Below, one piece after another: positions 26,201-36,964 of a DNA stretch of 64,000 nt. Position numbers and translations under genes: made by a program. The notes under the pieces are model-generated. The model made no database searches. It had not been told where the DNA came from and saw only the letters and a program-made list of their open reading frames with translations. Position 1 is the first letter of the stretch. Each line of letters begins with the position of its first letter. Source of the DNA: Amphiscolops sp. MND2022 (lineage: Eukaryota); the NCBI GenBank assembly GCA_964187785.1, contig OZ076410.1:62496001-62560000 (forward strand), in the 5' to 3' direction.

Positions 26201-27961
26201 AAATTTGTGTCATTTTCGCAATAATCATTTTCGCACTGGATTCGCAATAATCGCAGTGTCTTTGTCAGCAATTAGAGCGGTTGGTCGATATCCATGTTTG
26301 GTCATAATATCAACAATGACTTTTGCCAACTTGATTGCCGATGCATCTGTTAGAAGATATGCGAATACATTTCCGTACCCGTCACTTGGCGGAATCTTCG
26401 GCAATAGGTCAATTTCCATAGCCTGTTCGGATCCAAAGCGCCATTTCGGCAAATTGAGTGATTCAGGCTTGATTGTTGGATTAAGGACTATTTTGTCCTT
26501 TGCATATTGTTGATACCCTTCTTCCCGTTTTTTACTTGACGTGTTTCGCTATGCAAGGGTGAAAGTATTTTTGCCTAATCTCTTGCAAGAGATTTGTGTG
26601 TCGATGGAGAGGTTGCTGTTCCGTGAAGACGTTGGAGAAGTCCCAGTAACAAGTGTTGTAAAAGGAGAAATTGATGGTGCTTCACGTGCCCTGTTCCATC
26701 AATGCATTGCCGGGTCAAAATGTCTTTCTTGACCACAATACGTTCCTAGTTGTTTGCGTGGTGTCTGGCAAGCAACTTGTTGCAGTATGTGTTCTGGGTA
26801 TTATTCATGAAGGGTTTTGGCACTTAATTGTTGCAATACCGCATCCTCAGATTGTTCAATGACATTTTGGTTAATTTTCTTTAATCGGGTTTGGATTTCA
26901 GTTGTTGTAAAGTTTGATTGCGGGAAACAGTTTGTATCGTTTTTGTAGGCTCCGAGTTGGCGGGGTTGCGTCTGATTTTTGCCTTCCTCGCCCTGTGTTG
27001 TTCCTCGGTTTCATCGTCGTCGGTGGTATAGAAGATTTGGTCTTCTTCTGACACACCGGCTGATTGAACATTGATTTCGATTGATAGAGTTTGTTCATTT
27101 TTTTTTGGATTTTCATGATTAATTTGGCCTTTGGATCCGCTTCGAGACGCAAAAAGTAGCTCGCTGCTGCGTTTTGAGCTCCTGGGATATGTGCTACGAC
27201 ACGATTGATAGAAAGACTTAGTCACAAGCATGACACAGGGAGGGAGTTCGGAAAACTCGAGTCACAGCTTTTTTGTAGGTGAGGATACTGAACAGTTTAG
27301 GCGCTCCCCTGAAGATATGCCCAAAAGTTTCGAATGCAAAGTCTTTCGCTGAGAATTCTCTCGCATAGATTGACATCTTGATTTGGGCTGGAGTGAATCT
27401 TTCGGAGCCGTAAGCCACCGGAGCATATGACTTGTGGAGCGAAGTATATTTTTGGTGTGCATCGTCTTCTATAAAGAAGGCGTTTCCTGCAGAGTCAGAG
27501 ATTGCATCTGTCATCAGGGCACTTTTCTTATTGGGTAGTGGCTGTTGTAGGGCTAGATCACAGCAATAGACGAATGCCCTGTTGATTTCCTCAATCTGTT
27601 GAACTAATCTTCGGGGACCTTTTTGTCATTTTTGAGCATCTTGCAGATAGTCTTGGGACGTAATTTTGATGAGAGTTTAAAAATCACAAGTTACGTTGCA
27701 AAGCCTTCTTTGCCCACGAACATTTCGTGTTTTTTAGGAAGTTCTGATTATTCTGTTTTTGGAATTCAACGCCTTAATGGGTATTAGTTCTCCCGAAGAA
27801 GTCATTCTTGTAGCGCTCAAAATGACATTTGTGCATTGTGAATTTAAGTCCTGCGTCCTGGATGCACTTGAAAATTGCTCTTAGGTTCTTTATGAGATGG
27901 TCGGCATCATCGGCTGCAATGCCATTGTAGTCCACATACTGAGCACACTGATCTGCTTCGA
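18421..27961. repeat. Tandem segmental duplication: copy A 18421-22958, copy B 22960-27961
   Basis: cgttgtagcaagctcatgcggcccag starts at 18421 and 22960, and cacactgatctgcttcga ends both copies. Copy A lacks two ~240-bp segments present in B (~24134-24376 and ~25719-25947). Confidence 0.95.
20290..22958 (-). mobile_element. Gypsy pol remnant, copy A (RT C-terminus, RNase H, integrase)
   Basis: YVDYIGIAADDADHLIKN..FKCIQDAGLK (RT), LMTDAISDSAGKAVLIEDD..YAPVAYGSKRFTPAQIKMSIYARE (RH), and integrase-region MEIDLLPKIPPSDGY..AYLLTDASA. Confidence 0.9.
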
Positions 27962-28910
27962 TGACTTTATAAAGGTATTCCCTCATAAAACTGGAAAATG
28001 CGGAAAGTGCCCAGGTAAGGCCTTTTGCCAAACTTCGATACGCAAATGTGCGGCAAGCAAAATTGAATGTCAACATTGCATGCGAACAATCCAGTTTGTT
28101 GAAATGTTTCTTGCCTGCCATGTGTTGGCGATTGTTACTCAAATAGTCTTCCAAAATTAAATTGTTATTTCTCTCGAGTCAACTAATAATCGGAGTTTTC
28201 TATTTGGTATTTTTTACGCAAATACCGGGCTGTCATATTTCGAAAATATTAACAAAGTAATAATGCCGTATCTGTGTAGTAAAGCCAATTCAACGAGTTT
28301 GTCCTGCTTGAGGTGGATGGAGGCCGGGAGACTCTGGCTGTATGCTGGGGAATCATCCATAGGCGTCAACTTTGAATTTGTTATTCATTTCCGATGTCAA
28401 ATCGGTGTCTAGCGAAGATGCCATGGACGTCCACTAATAATTCCTCGATTCGTGCAATCTCCTCAGGTGCGATTGTGGAGTCTTTCCAAGCGAAATTCTC
28501 TGAGAACTTTGTCCTGGATTCTGCGTCCTTCGTGACTTCAAAGACCTCCAGATAATGTAAGGCTTGCAATTCCCGTAGGATTCGTCGCTGGATAGGCGTG
28601 TGTTCGTCGGCGTTTCCCCGCTGTTTTCTGTTGTAGGAAACCAGTAACTTTCAGAGTTTTGTGGTTTTTTTGTTTTGATAAGGCTACTGAAAGAGTGAGC
28701 TGCTTGCTTCTGGTCGTTGTACAGTATGTGCCAGGTTGAAGTTGGGTCGACAGGTTTAATATACTTCATCTGTTCCGGCGTCATGATAGAAAATTGTGCA
28801 ATGTGGAATCACTTTTCGAGTTTGTAAGTGTAGTCAGCAAAGTTATTGACTGGCATGTGGAGATTGCCATCATTTAGGGTGACTAATGTTGGGCAGAAGA
28901 TAATATCACC
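25070..28910 (-). mobile_element. Gypsy pol remnant, copy B (dUTPase-like remnant, RT, RNase H, integrase); protease deleted
   Basis: FACRTFAYRSLAKGLTWALSAFSSFMREYL..YVDY (RT), RH as in copy A, and integrase C-terminus PFRDYRWVGP. Many stops and frameshifts. Confidence 0.92.
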
Positions 28911-29172
28911 TTATTATCGGAACACTCGGTTGAAGGATGTCAGTGATAGAATTTCAAGGAAAGATTTAGGGATTTGTCCTGATTTTTGTCCTGTTATTTG
29001 GTTGAATTGAAGTTTCAGTTGGGTTAAGAATGGGCGCTAGGACATTGGAGTAACGATGATGCGCCGTTTTAGGATGAATCGAGAAAAATGGGAAATTCAG
29101 AATGCTTTTTCTTCATATCGAATGACTTCAGTATGGGGCTCGCTACTTTCAGTTCCTGAAGGATTTGGGAAG

Positions 29173-29553
29173 CTAATGATGCGCACCGGCACCTTTCCAA
29201 AGTCGTTCCTCAGTGTGGTTCGTTTCATCACAAGTCCCACACTTGGGGTAGAATTTCTTCTGGGTTGATTTGCCTTTCTGGGCATCCCTTCCTTTCTTCC
29301 CTTTGAGCTTGGAGGGAAGAAATTGCAGTGGATTGCTGTCAATAGTCCAATGGACAGGAGATTTTTTGGAAGAAGCCTTCGTTGCGATTGGCAAGCCATC
29401 CGACTCTTCAAGGGCATTAAGTTCTAATTTCCTTTGGAGGTGAGCAACAACCTCGTCGTAAGAGTCATTTTCAAGTCTGGCCTTATCTAAGGATCTTTTG
29501 AGTTTGGGGGCAATTTTACAAGTTGAGAACGTTCCGTATCGGCGTCCGCTCAA
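29173..29553 (-). pseudogene. Gypsy gag C-terminus with degenerate zinc knuckle
   Basis: PKLKRSLDKARLENDSYDEVVAHLQRKLELN...YPKCGTCDETNHTEER[L]W. The last Cys of the knuckle is mutated. Confidence 0.75.
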
Positions 29554-29559
29554 GGTTCA

Positions 29560-32500
29560 TGTAGATTGAAATGTCACAACTATGCAAAGTAACAAAATTT
29601 GAAAACTTTTTATCAGACGTACAATGCTCAAGAAAACCAGAAACCTATAAGACCTGAAAAACCGCTTTTGTTTGACTTGAATTATCAAAAATCCAAGTTG
29701 AAAAGCATTCGAATCTTTCAACCAACGAGTCTCATAGTGCCAAAAAACCTAGATGAAGACCCATCAGGGGCGCAAAACTGTTTATCAGAGACGAAAACTT
29801 TCTTTATAGGTGAAGGGAGTACCGTTTTCATGGAAGATTTGCAGTTCTTTCCTTTGCAATTTTGACACTACTAGTATGCCGACAGAATCCAAGGACGATA
29901 TTTTTAACGCAAACTCCTCAGGTCGTAAAACCAAAACGTAATGTACCCTGTAACTTGAAACAAACTGGACAGTTTTTGCAAATTGCTATCCAATCCAGCG
30001 AAAAGGTGTTAGAGGAGAGATGGGACAAGTACTATGAGATGAAAGATGCGAGAAGAGAAGCTAAGGCGCTAAAACGAGAGGAGTGGTCTTGAAATCTTCT
30101 TCAAAGATCTGGCCAGATTTACAGCCATAACTCAACGTTCTTTACGAAAGAACCTGAAACCTACAACCAAGCAATAAGTTCTTGTAAAAAAGAGAACTGG
30201 CTGCAAGCAATGCAGGATGCAGGATGAGCTTAAATCTTTCAGCGAAATTAACACATGGAGGTTAGTTGAGCGTCCAAAGAACAAAATTGTAACCCCGGGA
30301 AAATGGGTTTACAATGTCAAAACTAAACGCCTAGACGATTCAGAAACGATTGCTCCAACGAGTAAACCAGAATCTTTTCGAATCATTCTTCCGTTTAGCA
30401 GCGAAAGAAAACTTTACGCTAAGGCAAATGTATGTAAAGTCAGCCTACTTAGATCCACAAGTTAACGAAGAGATCCACCACCACCAACCGACTCGGGAAA
30501 CAAGCTTGTCTGTAAATTGAACAAGTCAATCTACGGATTGGATCAGGCCTCTAAAAATTAGTATGAGGAGTTGGCGAGTTTCCTAATACAACAAAATTTT
30601 AGCCGTAGCAAAAATGACTACTGTGTTTTTATTCAAAAACAAGACCAAAGGAGGTTGTATGTTCTAAGTTGGCTAGATGATCTAGTAATAGCAGGTAGCA
30701 ACGTCGAGGACACAGTAGAATTAGGAAAACTCTCGAAGGAAAATTTAGGACGGACGATCGATGAAAACCCGAATGGTTCTTAGGCATGCCAATAGGTCAG
30801 GGAAGAGACAAAATATCTCTTGACCAAGAAACAGATATTGAGGACGTCATATTGAACTTTAGCATGCAATCCTTCGAAAACGCCAGTAAAAAACAATCTG
30901 AGGTTAATTAAGGCAACAGAGAATGAAACATTGGTTGATGCGGGACTACACAGAAGTTTGGTAGGCTCCTCACTATACATAGCCAAGCAAACTAAGCCGG
31001 ATAAAGGATGGATTGTCAATGTGCTATCTCGATTCAGGGACAAACCACCTAACACACATTGGCTGGCTGGCAGGCAAACGTGTCTTTCGCTATCTTCAAG
31101 CCACGAAGTCACTCAAACTGGTCTACTCACGAGACAGTGACTTCAATCTACATAGAGAAACTGACGCAGACTGAAGTGACGACCATGACAACAGACGCTC
31201 GACCACTGGCTACTTCTTTAATATTGGATTAAGTGGGGAGCAAAAAGCTGGCAAAATAAGAAGCAGCTGACAGTGGGAGCTTTCGTATTGCCAAGCAGAA
31301 TATCAAGTCTTGCTGCTGCAGTGCAAGAAGTAACCTTCTTGTGATCACTGTTCTGTGAAGTGGGTTTTGAACAGTCACAGCCAACTGATTGGGGAAGACA
31401 CGGAGAGTTGCATCAAGCAGGCAATTAACTCTGTGATGCACAAGCGATAAAACCATATTAAAACGAAGTTTCACATCATACGGGAGAAAGTTGACGACAG
31501 TTCAATTCAACTAGTTTATTCAACTGGCAGCAGATCCGTTGACAAAGGCACTTCCAGTTGACAGAGTGGAGCAACATCAGAGCAACAAGAATGGAGCAAC
31601 AAGAAGGGCAACAAGAAGGGCAACTTTTGGGTTAAATGCTGATTCTTCCTACGACATCCGGAACAATCTGAGTGGGGGTTTTGTTGAAACGAACTTTTAT
31701 ATACTAATAGCTCAAAATCGAGAAGATCATGATAATTGCATTGAAGTTTTACTTTTTTTCATGATGGTGTGATGGAAACTTCCCTCCAGAATATTCTATT
31801 GTAAAAGTCAAGGAAGTGCTCATCCTCCTTCTTTCAAAGTCCCCAACCTTTAATAAATGTCATATTAATCTTTTGGATTATAAGTACCCGGTGCTCTCTA
31901 CAAAGTTTCACAGCGCTCATACACTGAAATAGCCTTCCAAACTAATCTTCAAATTCACTCCTTTTCTATTTGTTTTTCTACACGCACGTCTTCACTGCTC
32001 AGCCAAGACCCAGCCTAACAGGTGCTGGTCCCAGTGAAAGGCAATGAAGATAAACAGTTTTTTCTTTGGCTTTTGTTGTCGTGGAGACCTCTGGTCGGCA
32101 AGACCGCAACAATTCTCAGTGTGGTTGCGAATGATCAAGGGTTTCTAGTAGGGTGCGAGAGTTCATTTGAACACACTTCAATCGAACGGACTCTTGTGAG
32201 CAAGACTGTCTCAAGACGGCACCCTTAGAAGCTAAAGGTAAATACTGTGTTTTTTAGTGTAATTTCTTAAGTAACTAGTCGTTTCAAAAGTCACAATCAT
32301 ACTGGAAGGCTTAAATAGTAATCTCAAATAGCTTTGCTTCTCGGGCCCAACTGAGGACTACGCAATCTGGTGTAGTAGATTTCAAGCCTTTGCTCAAACG
32401 AAAGGCCTATTCGACACGCTCATTGGCGATGATCGACCACCAACCAAACCCGCGCTGTGACATCAAGAAGCTCAAGATGCTCGTAGACGTGCTGTTGATG

Positions 32501-32730
32501 ACATCGAGAAACGTAAAACCACCCTGCGGTGTTACCTTGCGATGGTTCTCGATTCAACAAGGCTGATGTTGATTAGGCATGGTTGTGTTGATCGCAAATG
32601 CCTCGGTGATGGCCACAACGCAAAGGGGCTTCCGCATGAAAGGTTGCGAAGCAATGAAACAGTGACTGTTGTCAGTGTGATGTGGCAACTGGCTCGCTTG
32701 ACGCTGAAAAAAGATGAGGCACTCCACATT
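29560..32730 (+). mobile_element. Permuted Copia fragment, copy 1: IN C-terminus, RT, RNase H, PPT, LTR, PBS, gag N-terminus
   Basis: RT WRLVERPKNKIVTPGKWVYNVKTK, KLNKSIYGLDQAS and LSWLDDLVIAGS; RH DAD*SDDHDNRRSTTGYFF; PPT gagtggggg. gag follows the LTR: FSGPTEDYAIWCSRFQAF...VLDSTRLMLIRH...RSNETVTVVSVMWQLARL. Confidence 0.88.
31682..32020 (+). mobile_element. Copia LTR (copy 1)
   Basis: TGTTG...CTAACA (339 bp), preceded by the PPT and followed by ggtgctggtcccag, which resembles the copia PBS GGTTATGGGCCCAG. Confidence 0.85.
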
Positions 32731-32798
32731 TTTTTGATACTTTAGAGGTTTTCGGTTTACCTATATATATGAACCGAAAACCTCTCAAATATCAAAAA
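32731..32798. repeat. 27-bp imperfect inverted repeat (hairpin) at the Copia gag truncation point
   Basis: tttttgatactttagaggttttcggtt / aaccgaaaacctctcaaatatcaaaaa around a TA-rich loop. Second copy at 36965-37032. Confidence 0.85.
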
Positions 32799-33078
32799 CT
32801 TCAGGGAAAATGTGCGCTCATTACTTGCAGAAAAAAACGAGGCAACACTGACTAAATTCCACCGAGTTAAAAACTGGTGGTTCGGTAAAAAGAATTGGAA
32901 TAAATTTTGCAAGGTTCTAAAGAAAACACAACTGTAAAAAAACTTTTGCTTTTTCCTCTACCCTTGCAAGCATAACTTGTTTGCAACATACATCTGCTTC
33001 TCGGCCCTCGTGACCAGGTCTGATTATCCGCGGTAACCGCGGGAGCATCTTAGTAGTTTTATGAAATTTATGAACTTG

Positions 33079-33798
33079 TTTTCTTGTTATGGAATTTTTG
33101 CAGTCTTTTCGTGAGCTGTTCGTTGGTAGAATTCGATGTCATCAATGACGTGTTGGAATGCCAGACAACAAACCAAGAAAGGATTTTGTCCATCAGTTGT
33201 TGTTGATTTTGGTGAAATAATATAGTTGGACGATCAGATCTGACATATTGTCTGACTGATACAAGATGGTGGTCTTGGAGTTGTGGCAGAGCAAGTTTTT
33301 TGAGACCGATTTGCTTGATGTGGACTGTTTGTTGGACGGCGTGGTTGTTTGTTCAGCTTTCGGTGCTTTGGAGTCTGGGGTAGTGTCAGATGTGACCTCT
33401 GGTCTGGTGCGCTTATGCTAATGATGCGCACCGGCACCTTTCCAAAATCGTTCCTCAGTGTGGTTCGTTTCATCACAAGTCCCACACTTGGGGTAGAATT
33501 TCTTCTGGGTTGATTTGCCTTTCTGGGCATCCCTTCCTTTCTTCCCTTTGAGCTTGGAGGGAAGAAATTGCAGTGGATTGCTGTCAATAGTCCAATGGAC
33601 AGGAGATTTTTTGGAAGAAGCCTTCGTTGCGATTGGCAAGCCATCCGACTCTTCAAGGGCATTAAGTTCTAATTTCGTTTGGAGGTGAGCAACAATCTCG
33701 TCGTAAGAGTCATTTTCAAGTCTGGCCTTATCTAAGGATCTTTTGAGTTTGGGGGCAGTTTTGCAAGTTGAGAACGTTCCATATCGGCGTCCGCTCAA
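33079..33798 (-). pseudogene. Second Gypsy gag C-terminus plus ~340 bp of gag-pol linker absent from the first copy
   Basis: ORF 33418-33798 is near-identical to 29173-29553. ORF 33234-33662 continues into ISAPDQRSHLTLPQTPKHRK. Confidence 0.75.
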
Positions 33799-33804
33799 GG
33801 TTCA

Positions 33805-36800
33805 TGTAGATTGAAATGTCACAACTATGCAAAGTAACAAAATTTGAAAACTTTTTATCAGACGTACAATGCTCAAGAAAACCGGAAACCTATAAGACCT
33901 GAAAAACCGCTTTTGTTTGACTTGAATTATCAAAAATCCAAGTTGAAAAGCATTCGAATCTTTCAACCAACGAGTCTCATAGTGCCAAAAAACCTAGATG
34001 AAGACCCATCAGGGGCGCAAAACTGTTTATCAGAGACGAAAACTTTCTTTATAAGTGAAGGGAGTACCGTTTTCATGAAAGATTTGCAGTTCTTTCCTTT
34101 GCAATTTTGACACTACTAGTATGCCGACAGAATCCAAGGACAATATTTTTAACGCAAACTCCTCAGGTCGTAAAACCAAAACGTAATGTACCCTGTAACT
34201 TGAAACAAACTGGACAGTTTTTGCAAATTGCTATCCAATCCAGCGAAAAGGTGTTAGATGAGAGATGGGACAAGTACTATGAGATGAAAGATGCGAGAAG
34301 AGAAGCTAAGGCGCTAAAACGAGAGGAGTGGTCTTGAAATCTTCTTCAAAGATCTGGCCAGATTTACAGCCATAACTCAACGTTCTTTACGAAAGAACCT
34401 GAAACCTACAATCAAGCAATAAGTTCTTGTAAAAAAGAGAACTGGCTGCAAGCAATGCAGGATGCAGGATGAGCTTAAATTTTTCAGCGAAATTAACACA
34501 TGGAGGTTAGTTGAGCGTCCAAAGAACAAAATTGTAAACCCGGGAAAATGGGTTTACAATGTCAAAACTAAACGCCTAGACGATTCAGAAACGATTGCTC
34601 CAACGAGTAAACCAGAATCTTTTTGAATCATTCTTCCGTTTAGCAGCGAAAGAAAACTTTACGCTGAGGCAAATGTATGTAAAGTCAGCCTACTTAGATC
34701 CACAAGTTAACGAAGAGATCCACCACCACCAACCGACTCGGGAAACAAGCTTGTCTGTAAATTGAACAAGTCAATCTACGGATTGGATCAGGCCTCTAAA
34801 AATTAGTATGAGGAGTTGGCGAGTTTCCTAAAACAACAAAATTTTAGGCGTAGCAAAAATGACTACTGTGTTTTTATTCAAAAACAAGACCAAAGGAGGA
34901 TGTATGTTCTAAGTTGGCTAGATGATCTAGTAATAGCAGGTAGCAACGTCGAGGACACAGTAGAATTAGGAAAACTCTTTAAGGAAAATTTAGGACGGAC
35001 GATCGATGAAAACCCGAATGGTTCTTAGGCATGCCAATAGGTCAGGGAAGAGACAAAATATCTCTTGACCAAGAAACATATTTTGAGGACGTCATATTGA
35101 ACTTTAGCATGCAATCCTTCGAAAACGCCAGTAAAAAACAATCTGAGGTTAATTAAGGCAACAGAGAATGAAACATTGGTTGATGAGGGACTACACAGAA
35201 GTTTGGTAGGCTCCTCACTATACATAGCCAAGCAAACTAAGCCGGATAAAGGATGGATTGTCAATGTGCTATCTCGATTCAGGGACAAACCACCTAACAC
35301 ACATTGGCTGGCTGGCAGGCAAACGTGTCTTTCGCTATCTTCAAGCCACGAAGTCACTCAAACTGGTCTACTCACGAGACAGTGACTTCAATCTACATAG
35401 AGAAACTGACGCAGACTGAAGTGACGACCATGACAACAGACGCTCGACCACTGGCTACTTCTTTAATATTGGATTAAATGGGGAGCAGAAAGCTGGCAAA
35501 ATAAGAAGCAGCTGACAGTGGGGGCTTTCGTATTGCCAAGCAGAATATCAAGTCTTGCTGCTGCAGTGCAAGAAGTAACCTTCTTGTGATCACTGTTCTG
35601 TGAAGTGGGTTTTGAACAGTCACAGCCAACTGATTGGGGAAGACACGGAGAGTTGCATCAAGCTGGCAATTAACTCTGTGATGCACAAGCGATAAAACCA
35701 TATTAAAACGAAGTTTCACATCATACGGGAGAAAGTTGACGACAGTTCAATTCAACTAGTTTATTCAACTGGCAGCAGATCCGTTGACAAAGGCACTTCC
35801 AGTTGACAGAGTGGAGCAACATCAGAGCAACAAGAATGGAGCAACAAGAAGGGCAACTTTTGGGTTAAATGCTGACTCTTCCTACGACATCCGGAACAAT
35901 CTGAGTGGGCGTTTTGTTGAAACGAACTTTTATATACTAATAGCTCAAAATCGAGAAGATCATGATAATTGCATTGAAGTTTTATTTTTTTTTCATGATG
36001 GTGTGATGGAAAATTCCCTCCAGAATATTCTATTGTAAAAGTCAAGGAAGTGCTCATCCTCCTTCTTTCAAAGTCCCCAACCTTTAATAAATGTCATATT
36101 AATCTTTTGGATTATAAGTACCTGGTGCTCTCTACAAAGTTTCACAGCGCTCATACACTGAAATAGCCTTCCAAACTAATCTTCAAATTCACTCCTTTTC
36201 TAATTGTTTTTCTACACGCACGTCTTCACTGCTCAGCCAAGACCCAGCCTAACAGGTTCTGGTCCCAGTGAAAGGCAATGAAGATAAACAGTTTTTTCTT
36301 TGGCTTTTGTTGTCGTGGAGACCTCTGGTCGGCAAGACCGCAACAATTCTCAGTGTGGTTGCGAATGATCAAGGGTTTCTAGTAGGGTGCGAGAGTTCAT
36401 TTGAACACACTTCAATCGAACGGACTCTTGTGAGCAAGACTGTCTCAAGACGACACCCTTAGAAGCTAAAGGTAAATACTGTGTTTTTTAGTGTAATTTC
36501 TTAAGTAACTAGTCGTTTCAAAAGTCACACTCATACTGGAAGGCTTAAATAGTAATCTCAAATAGCTTTGCTTCTCGGGCCCAACTGAGGACTACGCAAT
36601 CTGGTGTAGTAGATTTCAAGCCTTTGCTCAAACGAAAGGCCTATTCGACACGCTCATTGGCGATGATCGACCACCAACCCAACCCGCGTTGTGACATCAA
36701 GAAGCTCAAGATGCTCATAGACGTGCTGGTGATGACATCGAGAAACGTAAAACCACCCTGCGGTGTTACCTTGCGATGGTTCTCGATTCAACAAGGCTGA

Positions 36801-36964
36801 TGTTGATTAGGCATGGTTGTGTTGACCGCAAATGCCTCGGTGATGGCCACAACGCAAAGGGGCTTCCGCATGAAAGGTTGCGAAGCAATGAAACAGTGAC
36901 TGTTGTCAGTGTGATGTGGCAACTGGCTCGCTTGACGCTGAAAAAAGATGAGGCACTCCACATT
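33805..36964 (+). mobile_element. Permuted Copia fragment, copy 2 (LTR 35915-36254, PBS ggttctggtcccag 36255-36268)
   Basis: Near-identical to 29560-32730. The PBS matches 12/14 of GGTTATGGGCCCAG. Confidence 0.88.
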
